Of a stretch of DNA of 64,000 nt, positions 10,036 to 19,940 are shown piece after piece. Made by a program: the position numbers and the translations under genes. Source of the DNA: Verrucomicrobiales bacterium (GTDB lineage: Bacteria; Verrucomicrobiota; Verrucomicrobiia; Limisphaerales; UBA1100); contig JAYOSV010000007.1 of the NCBI GenBank assembly GCA_038139415.1, positions 2,198 through 66,197 on the forward strand, in the 5' to 3' direction. The notes beneath the pieces were generated by a model that did not search any database, was not told the DNA's origin, and saw only the letters and a list, made by a program, of their open reading frames with translations. Position 1 is the stretch's first letter. The number at the start of each line of letters is the position of its first letter.

Positions 10036-11556
10036 TTAAGTGCGTCGCCTGAGCCAAACCAAGATCCCCAGCGTCAACGTGCTGAGGGGCATCAACCCCA
10101 CCAGAATAACGGCGAGGTTTCGGAATTCGTTGGCTTTAAATTCAAAACGATACGTCTGGATCGGCTGCGGCCCGATAGCGTGCAACAGATGCGATCGGTC
10201 GAGCAGCCAGTTGACCGTGTGCCAAGCCAGCTCGCGGTTGCCTTCTTTGTCGATCATTTGGTTGCTGAGAAACAGTGAATCGCCAATCACCACAATCCGC
10301 GCAAGATGATCTGTATTGACGCCTTCCAAGGTATCGCGCTCCACCGCCGCGGCTACGGGCAGGGCGCCCTGATGTTCGAGCGTGGGTTGTGTGCCGCCGT
10401 TGCTTTGGAGGAAATTCCGGTAGGCTTTGCCTTGAGGGCCGGTCTGGATCAACGGATACATCTTCTGCTTGGAGGCCAGTGGATCAGTGCCGGGCAGGGG
10501 ACTAATGGTGCGGGGTAGGAGCAGGCGCACGGGCAATTGCTCGCGATGCAAGGTTTGTACCACGGGATGATGCACGTATTGCCGCAACGTAATAGAGCCG
10601 TCGCCGAGGGTGTTATCCTGGTCCAGCACGGTATTGTGCCCCACCGTTAGGCCCCAAAAACGCAGTAGATTGGAGAGGCCGCCGTCGGAACGGTGATTGA
10701 GCAAGACCATTAGCCGCCCGCCGCGATCGAGATATTGATTGAGCCGACGTTGTTCCTCCAGAGTGAGTTCGGATTTCGGGCCAGGGATAATGAGTAACTG
10801 GCAATCGGCGGGAACGGCCGATTGTTTCTGTAGCTCAAGATCGCGCACCTGCAAATTCATTTCTCCCAGTAACTGGCCAAACTCCCCAAAGCCCATGCTG
10901 GTGAGGTTCGTGATACTGTGTTCCCCGTGGCCGGTGAGACAATAGGCGAGCGGTTGATCGTTGCCGGAGACCGCGAGCAGGGCCGAAGTAAAATGGCGTT
11001 CACCAAGGAATGCCGTGCGTTCCATCACAAAGCCGCCCCCTTCGTTGGCGTTTTCCTGGCCGGCCGATTGGAGTTCATTGGCGGATGCCTTGCGAGGTGT
11101 GAGGTGGGATAGTTGCGCGCCGGAGATGACCTTGTGTTTGTCGTTGGAGGCAAACACCACGACGTTGTGCTGCTGCTCGCTCAACCGATAACGCGCCTGC
11201 ACCCGGCGGGCTTCGCGGGGTTGCTGCAGGGGGTCTACATGCGTCACCTGAAGGCGCGGGTTTAGGTGGACGTATTGCTTGAGCAGCTCGTCAACCAGAC
11301 GAAAAGTCGATTCGGTGCGATCAAAGAAGACGGTGATCTCCACTTCGTTGGTCATGTCGCCCAGCAACTGCTCGGTGCGCGGCGAAAGCTCATGCTCGAG
11401 ATTCTGCGCCCAGATATGCCGCTGATAATGCCGATGCGCGTAGTAATTCAACGCCACCCCCAGCGTGACGATCGCCAGCGAGGCGCACAGCAAATTGATC
11501 CAGCCGCTCCAGCGGCGGCGTGCCGAAAAGCCTGGTGTGGATTGATTCATTTCCAT
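10036..11556 (-). CDS. GldG-family ABC-transporter auxiliary component (ABC-type uncharacterized transport system)
   Basis: N- and C-terminal TM anchors flank a large periplasmic domain, as in GldG. It follows an ABC-2 permease. The start is taken at MEMNQ (11556) or MNQ (11550, ATGA overlap with the permease stop), not at the upstream end of the ORF. Confidence 0.7.
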   Translation of the reverse strand: MEMNQSTPGFSARRRWSGWINLLCASLAIVTLGVALNYYAHRHYQRHIWAQNLEHELSPRTEQLLGDMTNEVEITVFFDRTESTFRLVDELLKQYVHLNPRLQVTHVDPLQQPREARRVQARYRLSEQQHNVVVFASNDKHKVISGAQLSHLTPRKASANELQSAGQENANEGGGFVMERTAFLGERHFTSALLAVSGNDQPLAYCLTGHGEHSITNLTSMGFGEFGQLLGEMNLQVRDLELQKQSAVPADCQLLIIPGPKSELTLEEQRRLNQYLDRGGRLMVLLNHRSDGGLSNLLRFWGLTVGHNTVLDQDNTLGDGSITLRQYVHHPVVQTLHREQLPVRLLLPRTISPLPGTDPLASKQKMYPLIQTGPQGKAYRNFLQSNGGTQPTLEHQGALPVAAAVERDTLEGVNTDHLARIVVIGDSLFLSNQMIDKEGNRELAWHTVNWLLDRSHLLHAIGPQPIQTYRFEFKANEFRNLAVILVGLMPLSTLTLGILVWLRRRT

Positions 11557-12299
11557 CGCCGGCTCTCCACGGATTTGAGTGTGAAAAACAGAAATACCGC
11601 CGTCAGCGACAGGTAAAACATCACGTGCCGACTGTCGACAATGCCTGTCGAGAAATCCCGCATGTGGCGGAGCATGGAAATGTGCTGCACAAGATGATGC
11701 CACCATTGCACCTCCGTGGGCCGCAGGTCGGCCAGATAACCTAGGATAAACAAGCCTGTTCCCACGGCGAAGGTAAGCACGGCGGCCACAATTTGGCTAC
11801 GCGTCAAGGACGAGGCGAAGCAGCCCAACGCCATGAAAAAGGCGCCGTACAACCCGATTCCCAGAGCCAAGCTCCAGACCGCACCCGAATCCACCTGCAT
11901 CGTTCTATGCGCATAATGCTCCAGTAGAAACGGATAGACCACCGTGGGCAGAAACGCGATCAGGAAAAACACATAGGAGCCGATGAACTTAGCCAGCACC
12001 ACTTGGATATCGCTGACTGGCGTGGTCATGAGCGTTTCAAACGTGCCACGGGCTTTTTCGTGAGCAAAAGTGCGCATGGTAATCACCGGCGCCACCATCA
12101 ACAGCACCAGCCAGAAGAATTCGGTTTGCGGAAATTTTTCCGTAAACGGCAGATCATACGCCAGTCCGTTGAGCAAATACACCACCGTGAGCAGGCTGGC
12201 TCCGAGCAGCAATTGTACTCCGGCCATGATCACATAACCGCGTAGGGAGAAGAAGTGGCCGGCCAATTCGCGCCGAGCCAGAGTGAGTAGGGCGGTCAT
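11547..12299 (-). CDS. ABC-2 type transporter permease
   Basis: About 250-aa six-TM protein starting MTALLTLARRELAGHFFSLRGY, a typical ABC-2/GldF-like N-terminus. Its ATG shares one nt with the ATPase stop (TGATG at 12301-12297). Confidence 0.75.
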   Translation of the reverse strand: MTALLTLARRELAGHFFSLRGYVIMAGVQLLLGASLLTVVYLLNGLAYDLPFTEKFPQTEFFWLVLLMVAPVITMRTFAHEKARGTFETLMTTPVSDIQVVLAKFIGSYVFFLIAFLPTVVYPFLLEHYAHRTMQVDSGAVWSLALGIGLYGAFFMALGCFASSLTRSQIVAAVLTFAVGTGLFILGYLADLRPTEVQWWHHLVQHISMLRHMRDFSTGIVDSRHVMFYLSLTAVFLFFTLKSVESRRWK

Positions 12300-13267
12300 C
12301 AGTCGTCGTCCTCTCGGGTAATGTGCACGAAGATATCTTCCAGCGTATGCCGTTCGCGAGTGAGTTCCCGCAAGGGCCAGCCGCGGGCACGGGCCAGAGC
12401 CGAGACGCGCGGGCGTAAATCTTCCCCGTCTCGCGGTGTCAGTGCGCAACGGGAAAAATCGCCTTCCGCCGGCAGGACCCGGTGATGCTCAATCTCCGCC
12501 ATTTCTTCCCAGGCCTCGTGCAGGGCCTCCTGAGGTGCCTGTAATTCCACCGTGATCCGGTGGCGGCCACCGAGGGATTGTTCCAAGCCGCGTGGCGTAT
12601 CGTTGGCAACCACGGTGCCCTCATGAAAAATCAAAAGGCGCGAGCAGGTGACCTCCACCTCCGGCAAAATGTGGGAGGAAATTAACACGGTATGGTTTTT
12701 ACCCAGCTCTTTAATATGCTGGCGCACCGTGCGGATTTGGTGCGGATCCAGACCGATGGTTGGTTCGTCCAGAATTAAAAGCTCCGGTTCATGCACGAGG
12801 GCATCGGCCAGCCCGACGCGTTGGCGGAAGCCTTTGGAGAGTTCTCCGATCATGCGCCCATGCACCTGAGCCAAATCAAACTGCGCAATCACATCCTCAA
12901 CCCGTTCGCGGCTGGTGGGTTTGTCCAACCCCTTGAGTCGGGCGCGAAATTTCAAATACTCCCGCACCCGCATGTCTTCATGCAGCGGATTGTTTTCGGC
13001 CATGAACCCCACACGTCGGCGTACGGCTTCCGAGTCCGTGGCTACATCATGGCCGGCCACTCGTGCCGTGCCTTCGGTGGCGGATAGGAACCCGGCTAGG
13101 ATGCGCATGGTTGTACTTTTGCCCGCACCGTTGGGGCCAAGAAAGCCGACGATCTCCCCGCGAGGAATGGTAAAGTTCAAATCCTGAATCGCCGGGCGGC
13201 CACCGTAATATTTGGTGAGGTGATTTACCTCAATCATCGGCGGAGTATCAGGTTCAGATTCTGCCAT
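12299..13267 (-). CDS. ABC transporter ATP-binding protein
   Basis: Walker A GPNGAGKST, signature LSKGFRQR and Walker B LLILDEP. The start at MAESEPD (13267) shares one nt with the protease stop (TAATG at 13269-13265). Confidence 0.9.
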   Translation of the reverse strand: MAESEPDTPPMIEVNHLTKYYGGRPAIQDLNFTIPRGEIVGFLGPNGAGKSTTMRILAGFLSATEGTARVAGHDVATDSEAVRRRVGFMAENNPLHEDMRVREYLKFRARLKGLDKPTSRERVEDVIAQFDLAQVHGRMIGELSKGFRQRVGLADALVHEPELLILDEPTIGLDPHQIRTVRQHIKELGKNHTVLISSHILPEVEVTCSRLLIFHEGTVVANDTPRGLEQSLGGRHRITVELQAPQEALHEAWEEMAEIEHHRVLPAEGDFSRCALTPRDGEDLRPRVSALARARGWPLRELTRERHTLEDIFVHITREDDD

Positions 13268-14646
13268 TATCGTACTTTCACCGTCGCCACGCCCGATCGC
13301 CGTTGGAAAAAGGCTCCCCGCTGTATTTCCCAAACCACGCTGAGCCGGACCGAATCATTTGCTTCCCGGCTGTGGATATCGCGGGCAAAGGCCATGAGGC
13401 TTTGCGGTTGTGAATCGTCTACTCGCTGGATCACTGCGCCGGCTTCCAGCCCCGCTGAGGCGCCCGGGCCGCGGGCGGTTACTTTGGTAATCAGGTAACC
13501 ACCATAGAACGAAAGCCCGAGTTGTTCCGCCAAATCCTTGGTGAGCGTGCGCACGGTCAGTCCTAGCCGATCCTCGATGACCTTGGAATTAAACACCTGT
13601 TCCTCAGGCAACAACATGAGGGTCACCGTCATCACTCGACCGCCGCGGAAGATTTTCAGTGACAGGTTTTCCTTTCCGCGCCCCGCAGTTTCCTTGGCCC
13701 AATCCACAAAATCAGCCACCGGCGTTTCGTTGACTTCCAGCACGGTATCGCCGGCTCGCAGGCCGGCCTTGGCGGCGGGACTGTTGGCTTCCACTAGGGC
13801 CAGTCGTAGGCGGTTGCCATCCAGTCGAACGCGCGCGCCCAGCCAGAGGCCGCGAAGGTGTTCGGGCGTAAAAAATTTACCGAGCGTTTCGTTAACGCGG
13901 GCGATGGGAATGGCGAACCCAATACCCTGACCTTCGCGATGAATGGCTACGTTAATGCCAATCAGATCGCCGTTCAGGTTGATCAGCGGTCCGCCACTGT
14001 TGCCGGGGTTGATGGCGGCATCAGTCTGGAGCCAGTTGGCCATGTCCAGAATCTCGTCAGCTTGGGGCACCTGCCGGTCGCGGCTACTAAGAATACCGCG
14101 GCTCACCGAGCCGCCCAGTCCGAAGGGATTGCCCAGCGCAATCACCGTCTCGCCCAGCAACAAGTCGCCATCACGGGCGAAGGGCACGGGAGTGAAGCGT
14201 GTCTTGGAACCCTTGGGCAGGAGAATGCGGAGCAGGGCGAGGTCACTGCGTTGATCATAGGCTACCCGGTCGGCTTCGTATTCCTGGCCGTTGGCAAACT
14301 TAACGCGAATCTTGGTGGCGCGCCGCACGACGTGATCGTTGGTAACGATGAATCCATCCTCATGAATCACCACGCCGGATCCCAGACTGCGCCGCACATC
14401 CTGCCGCGGTTGCCGGTAATAGGGATTCCAGAAATCAGAAAACAATTCGGAAAACGGATCGCGCACTTCCTGAATAGTTTCCGTGCGGATATTCACCACC
14501 GAAGGCAGCGCCTTGCCCACGGCCTTCACCACCGAGGTTTGCCTCACACTATCCGCGCCGGTGAGGGGAGCGGGAGCCAGCAACACCGCCGTCAGCGCCA
14601 GTCCCTTGACGGCGTTTCTGAAATAGCGAGCATTCATAAATCTCAT
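13267..14646 (-). CDS. HtrA/DegP-family trypsin-like serine protease with PDZ domains
   Basis: Catalytic-serine motif GNSGGPLINLNGDLIGIN, TNDHVV (His) and SDLALL (Asp), plus two PDZ-like C-terminal regions. Start chosen at MRFMNARYF... (signal peptide); it is uncertain by a few codons. Confidence 0.85.
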   Translation of the reverse strand: MRFMNARYFRNAVKGLALTAVLLAPAPLTGADSVRQTSVVKAVGKALPSVVNIRTETIQEVRDPFSELFSDFWNPYYRQPRQDVRRSLGSGVVIHEDGFIVTNDHVVRRATKIRVKFANGQEYEADRVAYDQRSDLALLRILLPKGSKTRFTPVPFARDGDLLLGETVIALGNPFGLGGSVSRGILSSRDRQVPQADEILDMANWLQTDAAINPGNSGGPLINLNGDLIGINVAIHREGQGIGFAIPIARVNETLGKFFTPEHLRGLWLGARVRLDGNRLRLALVEANSPAAKAGLRAGDTVLEVNETPVADFVDWAKETAGRGKENLSLKIFRGGRVMTVTLMLLPEEQVFNSKVIEDRLGLTVRTLTKDLAEQLGLSFYGGYLITKVTARGPGASAGLEAGAVIQRVDDSQPQSLMAFARDIHSREANDSVRLSVVWEIQRGAFFQRRSGVATVKVR

Positions 14647-14961
14647 GCCAATCTGGTCGGAGTGCATTCTGGCAAAAAAAACAGGCACAGGCAACGGCAA
14701 GACCCAAGTATGACAGGAACGTTTTATTCACAGTGGTGCCCTGCTGGTCTCATTACCTACGTGCGGGATCTCGGCTCCGTGTAACTGTAGGGTGTTGCTC
14801 GGCCCGTACCGCCTACTCCATCAACACCGAAGGCGGTGCGGCAATTGATTAATCCCTCCGCGTGCTGGATGTGGCTGAGCCCTCACTAACGACCGTCTGG
14901 TGGGAAAAACTTTGGCCGGAATAAAATCGACAGTATGAGGTTGAACAGTATTTTCGACGAG

Positions 14962-14974
14962 CTGACTGAGTCAG
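14962..14974. promoter_or_regulatory. 13-nt perfect palindrome CTGACTgAGTCAG just upstream of the GntP-family gene
   Basis: Read directly: ctgactgagtcag, 17 nt upstream of the ATG at 14991. Operator function is pure inference. Confidence 0.2.
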
Positions 14975-14990
14975 TTTAATCATCGCTATT

Positions 14991-16613
14991 ATGCTTCATC
15001 CTTTTTTTGCGCAAGCCGCTGAATCCATGTCCTACTGGCCGCTGGGCATTTTGTTGATCAGCGTGGCATTCATTCTGGTTTCTATTATCAAGCTTAAGCT
15101 GCATCCATTTTTGGCGCTTACTTTTGCCGCAATTTTAACTGGGCTCCTCACTGGCGATCTGCCGGGTATGACTCATGAAAATGTGGGCTTATTTAAAGAT
15201 CGCGTAGAGCTGAAGGAAACTCCGGACGATACCGGGAACGACTTGTTGCTGGCTGTGAAATGGTCATTCCTTGGGTTTGGAAACACCGCGGGCGGTATTG
15301 GTTTTATCGTCGCTTTGGCGGCCATTATTGGCGTGTGTATGCTGGGTAGCGGCGCGGCGGACCGGGTGGTGCGCTGGTTGCTAAGTGTTTTTGGGGAGGA
15401 TCGTGCAGGGATTGTTTTGTTACTCAGTGGGTTTCTCCTCTCGATTCCGGTGTTCTTTGATACCGTTTTCTTTCTATTGATTCCCTTGGCCAGAGCCTTG
15501 AGCTTGCGAACGGGAAAGAGCTATACACTCTTTGTGATGGCGATGGCCGGGGCCGGGGCCATTACACACTCAATGGTTCCTCCTACACCGGGGCCATTGA
15601 TGATTGCCGATGGCCTGAAATTGGACTTGGGCGTGGCAATGATGGCCGGTTTGGCGGCAAGTATTTTGCCAGCTTGGTTAGTATTGTACCTAGCGAGAAA
15701 GTTCGATGAAAAATACGATCTGCCAATGCGCGAAGCATCGGGAGCTTCCAACAGCGAGTTAAAAACAATTGTTGAGAAAAAGGATTCCGAATTACCGAAT
15801 TTGTTTATGGCGGCACTCCCGGTCGCAATGCCCGTTGTGCTGATTTCGTTGGTTTCGATTTTGAAACTGGTGGCTAAGGATACAGTTTCCGGTCAGGAAT
15901 GGTTCAAGTACCTTGAGTTCTTCGGGTCGCCAAACATCGCCATGCTGTTGGCTGCAATTGCAGCTGTTTACACACTGGCTGCTCAGTTGATTAAAGATAG
16001 CAAGGTCTCTGATGACGGGCTCATGAGCACATTGAGCAAAGCCATGGAAGATCCATTGCAGACGGCTGGTGTGATTATTCTCATCACGGGCGCGGGGGGA
16101 GCGTTCGGAGGAATGATCCGAATGGCGGGTGTCGGAGGAACTATCGAGGGTTTGGCCACCAGTTATAACATCTCACTGATTCTCTTGGCATGGGGAGCAA
16201 CGGCTGTCGTTCGAATCGCTCAAGGTTCGGCGACGGTGGCGATGATTACCGGAGTGGGGCTAATGAGTTCGGTAATCGGAGACGGCTCCAGTTTGCCGTA
16301 TCATAGCCTCTATATCTTTTTGGCTATTGGCTTTGGGTCGATCACGCTCTCATGGATGAACGACAGCGGATTTTGGGTTGTTCAAAGGTTGAGCGGGTTT
16401 ACAGAGAAAGAAACGCTCAAAACTTGGAGCGTGATGTTGACGGCCATTAGCCTCCTAGGATTAATTCAAATTATGATTTTCTCCACCCTGTTCCCGATGA
16501 AACCGGATGCGCCGGCGGAGGAACCGGAGAAGACGGCGATGGTTAGTTCAGTTGAAGGGTGGGCTTCGCCGGAAAATCATCCGCCTCTGCTTCCTCAGCA
16601 AAAATCACGGTAA
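14991..16613 (+). CDS. GntP-family (gluconate:H+ symporter-like) permease
   Basis: 540-aa polytopic membrane protein. The N-terminus ...LLISVAFILVSIIKLKLHPFLALTFAAILTGLL and the overall pattern are typical of the GntP family. A low-complexity C-terminal tail is present. Confidence 0.75.
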   Translation: MLHPFFAQAAESMSYWPLGILLISVAFILVSIIKLKLHPFLALTFAAILTGLLTGDLPGMTHENVGLFKDRVELKETPDDTGNDLLLAVKWSFLGFGNTAGGIGFIVALAAIIGVCMLGSGAADRVVRWLLSVFGEDRAGIVLLLSGFLLSIPVFFDTVFFLLIPLARALSLRTGKSYTLFVMAMAGAGAITHSMVPPTPGPLMIADGLKLDLGVAMMAGLAASILPAWLVLYLARKFDEKYDLPMREASGASNSELKTIVEKKDSELPNLFMAALPVAMPVVLISLVSILKLVAKDTVSGQEWFKYLEFFGSPNIAMLLAAIAAVYTLAAQLIKDSKVSDDGLMSTLSKAMEDPLQTAGVIILITGAGGAFGGMIRMAGVGGTIEGLATSYNISLILLAWGATAVVRIAQGSATVAMITGVGLMSSVIGDGSSLPYHSLYIFLAIGFGSITLSWMNDSGFWVVQRLSGFTEKETLKTWSVMLTAISLLGLIQIMIFSTLFPMKPDAPAEEPEKTAMVSSVEGWASPENHPPLLPQQKSR

Positions 16614-17355
16614 CGGTCCGAAACCGGTCTTCGCGCCAGTGATCTTCTTTCATGAGCCATTGGCGGACGAACTCCGCCACGGTCTTGCGGGCGTGTTCAC
16701 GGACGAGGTTCAAGTGGGTATCGGACGAGGCGTGTGAGGTTAGGCGGGGTGTGATGGATTGCATGAGCCCGTCCATTTGCTCATCGGCATTGAACCGCCC
16801 CCAGCCGTTCTCTGAACGTTTCTCAATTTTATCGGTGTGAATGGCAACGGGAGTGGCGGGCAAAAGCATGGGGGCAATGACGATGCATTGTTGATCGCGC
16901 ACTTCGATTTTCCATTCGGCCGACAGATCAATGTGGTAGCGGAAAGTTGCGGGCACCTTGATCTCAGTGACGGTGGTGCCTAGGTTGATTTTATTCCACA
17001 GGATGGTACGAGTGTTGGAGCGCTTGAAGACCTTGGTGTTTTCCAGTGTGGCAACTTCCAAGCGGCCTTCGCCGGCATCACTAACTTCGGGTAGGGATTC
17101 GATGAAGGTTTCAGTAATTTTTGCTTGCTGGAAATTTTCGGCAATAGTCACGGCGGCTTCGCCGATCTCGGAAATGGTTTTGCGGGTTTCACGAATGGTA
17201 CCAGCAGCGGCCTCTTTGGCGGTTTTAAGGGAAACGATGTAGGCTACGAGCACCATCATAGCGAGGACGACTACCACGATGGGCCAGCGCCAGGCGGCTG
17301 CGGAGACGGGAGTGGATTGCGGCTGCGGTTCGGGCTTGGGGTTTTCCGATTCCAT
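16543..17355 (-). CDS. DUF4230-like membrane-anchored protein
   Basis: 270 aa with an N-terminal TM (WRWPIVVVVLAMMVLVAYIV), then a beta-rich domain with KVPATFRYHIDLS... resembling DUF4230. Called from memory only. Confidence 0.45.
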   Translation of the reverse strand: MESENPKPEPQPQSTPVSAAAWRWPIVVVVLAMMVLVAYIVSLKTAKEAAAGTIRETRKTISEIGEAAVTIAENFQQAKITETFIESLPEVSDAGEGRLEVATLENTKVFKRSNTRTILWNKINLGTTVTEIKVPATFRYHIDLSAEWKIEVRDQQCIVIAPMLLPATPVAIHTDKIEKRSENGWGRFNADEQMDGLMQSITPRLTSHASSDTHLNLVREHARKTVAEFVRQWLMKEDHWREDRFRTVTVIFAEEAEADDFPAKPTLQLN

Positions 17356-17431
17356 GGAATAACCTTATCAAGCTTTTCGAACTTTGGCGAGATTTGTGTA
17401 ACGGGGTTAATGCGTTCACGTCTTTATAAGT

Positions 17432-18169
17432 ATGATCACGGGCAGGAGTTTTTCCGTCCGGAAACGTCTGCGGGCGTTTACTCTCACGGAGTTATTAGTG
17501 GCCATTGCCTTGGTGGGCGTTTTGTTTTCCATGATGGCACCAGTGTTGGCCCGAGCCAAAGGTAAGGCTTTTGAGGTTTACAGTCTCAATAATCTCCGCA
17601 ACATATCGGTGGCTCAGCAGCTTTTTGCCTTAGACCATGATGACCGATTAGTGCCCCACGGAATTTTACGACCGCCGGCACAGGGCGCCGTGATTCCTAA
17701 TGCGCACCTTACCTTATGGCCAGATTTATTGGAGAGCTACGTGGGGGATCGTCGAGTCTACCAAAGCCCTCTTATGCGGTGCGATCCGGACCGCGGGATT
17801 GGATATGGCATGAATCTTTCAGTGGCTGGAGCGTTTGCTGTGGAAACAGAGTCGGATGGAGCGCATTCAACTGAAATAAGAAACCCGGCTCAAACCATTT
17901 TGTTTGCGGATGCGGCATTTGTAACCCGCGATACGATGTATCGGCCCGCGAATGAGTGGGAGGAAGATGTCAGTCGTCCGATGGGCGCTTGGACGATCCG
18001 GACGCCGGCTGACCCATTATGGAATCTGACACCCACACGGGTAATGCCGCGAAATGGTGGTCGTGCTAATGTGGCTTTTGTCGATGGCCATGTGGAATCG
18101 CTTACGATTCCGCAGTTGGGCTTTGATAAGCCGGTGGGGCATCCGTTGAACTGGTGGGATCGATATTAA
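17432..18169 (+). CDS. prepilin-type N-terminal cleavage/methylation domain protein (H-X9-DG / DUF1559-like)
   Basis: N-terminus RAFTLTELLVAIALVGVLFSMMAPVLARAK and C-terminal NVAFVDGHVESL motif. Confidence 0.7.
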   Translation: MITGRSFSVRKRLRAFTLTELLVAIALVGVLFSMMAPVLARAKGKAFEVYSLNNLRNISVAQQLFALDHDDRLVPHGILRPPAQGAVIPNAHLTLWPDLLESYVGDRRVYQSPLMRCDPDRGIGYGMNLSVAGAFAVETESDGAHSTEIRNPAQTILFADAAFVTRDTMYRPANEWEEDVSRPMGAWTIRTPADPLWNLTPTRVMPRNGGRANVAFVDGHVESLTIPQLGFDKPVGHPLNWWDRY

Positions 18170-18936
18170 TCGGTCCAGCGGCGGCCGAAGATGATTTCGG
18201 TGCCGTCGGGCCATTGTTCCTGCGGCTCAAATGCGGCGATCTCACGGGCGCGATCCAATCTATAGCGCAAGGTCTCCACCGGCTTGCTGGTGGCGTAAAG
18301 GATTTCGTAGCGTACCTCCGGCGCCGCCTCCACGCAGCCGATAAAGAACCGGCCGGCATCGGCTGGACTGAGGTAGACATCCTGATAAATGGTTTCGTCG
18401 GCAATCTCGCGCACCTGCCCTTCATCACGGGGGCACCAGCCCAGACGAGCGATGATGACGCTCATGCCGTGCGTGGCTGCGTAACTGTGCCCGATACTTT
18501 CCAAAAACATCTTGGTGGCTGCGTACCAGCCTTTGGGTGAGACGGGCACGGTTTCATCGAGCGGCCAGGGGCCTTCGAAATTACGAAACCAATTCACCTG
18601 ACCACTGCTGGGTAGCACGAGCCGTTGCACGCCGGCTTCGCGCGCGAGTTCCAGAGTGTGATACAGCCCGGTGATGTTTGGCGGAAACAGATTGTTAACC
18701 GGATCCTCCACGTCATCGGGCGTGGCGGCCAAATGCACGAGCGCCTCGACGCCGTCCAGCGCGGTCTTGAGCGCCTCTAGATCGCTGAGGTCGGCCACGG
18801 TTGCTTCCGGTAATCCGGGCGAGGGCGCGCGGTCGAAGCCCCGTACGGAATGGCCGCGCTCCAGTAATCCCTGCACCGCTGCCTGTCCCACGCGTCCGGC
18901 TGAGCCGGTGACCAAAACCGTTTTTGGATCGCTCAT
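18166..18936 (-). CDS. NAD-dependent epimerase/dehydratase (SDR) family protein
   Basis: Rossmann motif VLVTGSAGRVGQAAV near the N-terminus and YAATK (YxxxK). Start taken at MSDPK (18936). Confidence 0.8.
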   Translation of the reverse strand: MSDPKTVLVTGSAGRVGQAAVQGLLERGHSVRGFDRAPSPGLPEATVADLSDLEALKTALDGVEALVHLAATPDDVEDPVNNLFPPNITGLYHTLELAREAGVQRLVLPSSGQVNWFRNFEGPWPLDETVPVSPKGWYAATKMFLESIGHSYAATHGMSVIIARLGWCPRDEGQVREIADETIYQDVYLSPADAGRFFIGCVEAAPEVRYEILYATSKPVETLRYRLDRAREIAAFEPQEQWPDGTEIIFGRRWTD

Positions 18937-19010
18937 GCGCGGAGTGTTCCACAAGCGTCTTCGTCCGCCAAATCATTTGCCATCAGCCGGGATCGTGGCA
19001 CAGTGGGCGC

Positions 19011-19940
19011 ATGCAACGGTTCTTGATCTGCAGTTTAATTCTGGTCGCCATCGGTCTGGTGGCCCAACCAAAAAAAACTTGGCCGGTTCAGCTGAAGGGT
19101 GCGGAGAGGGTGGTGTACAAGACAGTGGGTGATACCCAACTGCACCTTCATATTTTCCGCCCGACCAAACAACGAACGAAGGCGCCGGCGGTCGTGTTCT
19201 TTTTTGGCGGTGGCTGGAGAAGCGGTACGCCGGCGCAGTTCGAGCAGCAATGCCGTTATCTCGCCAGTCGGGGCATGGTTGCTATGACCGCGGAGTATCG
19301 GATACGCAATATGCATGGCACGCTGGCGACGGCCTGTGTGGCGGACGGCAAAAGCGCCGTGCGCTGGATTCGGGCGAATGCCGGCAAGCTTGGCGTGGAT
19401 CCGGACCGTATCGCGGCGGGTGGCGGTTCAGCAGGAGGTCATGTGGCCGCATGCACGGGAGTCATCGACGGTTTTGAGTCTGAGGACGAAGATGATAAGA
19501 TAAGTTCAGCGCCCAACGCTATGGTGCTCTTCAACCCGCCCTGTGTTCTGGCGCCGGTTCCCGGGAGAAATGATTTTTTGAACGCGGATAACATAACCGC
19601 GCTCAAGGAACGCATGGGAGCAGAGCCGATGGATCTGTCTCCATGGCATCAGATAAAGAAAGGGCAACCACCCACTCTTGTTTTACACGGCGAAAAAGAT
19701 CCCACGGTGAAATTCTGGACGGCCAAGGTGTTTGTCGAGAAATCTGCCGCGGCCGGCAACCAAACGGAACTGGCGGCGTATCCAGGCGAAGCGCACGGGT
19801 TTTTCAACTACGGCCGCGATGGAAACAAGATGTTTATTGCCACGATGGAGCGGACCGATGCGTTCTTCAAACAACTCGGCTGGCTGCGCGGCAAGCCGAC
19901 GATTGAGCAGTTTACTGCCGGTCTTTCCAAGGGCCGGTGA
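19011..19940 (+). CDS. secreted alpha/beta hydrolase (esterase/lipase-like)
   Basis: Signal peptide MQRFLICSLILVAIGLVA, oxyanion-type FFFGGGW and nucleophile elbow GGSAGGH. The ATG at 19011 is preferred over the track start at 18924, which overlaps the divergent gene. Confidence 0.75.
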   Translation: MQRFLICSLILVAIGLVAQPKKTWPVQLKGAERVVYKTVGDTQLHLHIFRPTKQRTKAPAVVFFFGGGWRSGTPAQFEQQCRYLASRGMVAMTAEYRIRNMHGTLATACVADGKSAVRWIRANAGKLGVDPDRIAAGGGSAGGHVAACTGVIDGFESEDEDDKISSAPNAMVLFNPPCVLAPVPGRNDFLNADNITALKERMGAEPMDLSPWHQIKKGQPPTLVLHGEKDPTVKFWTAKVFVEKSAAAGNQTELAAYPGEAHGFFNYGRDGNKMFIATMERTDAFFKQLGWLRGKPTIEQFTAGLSKGR

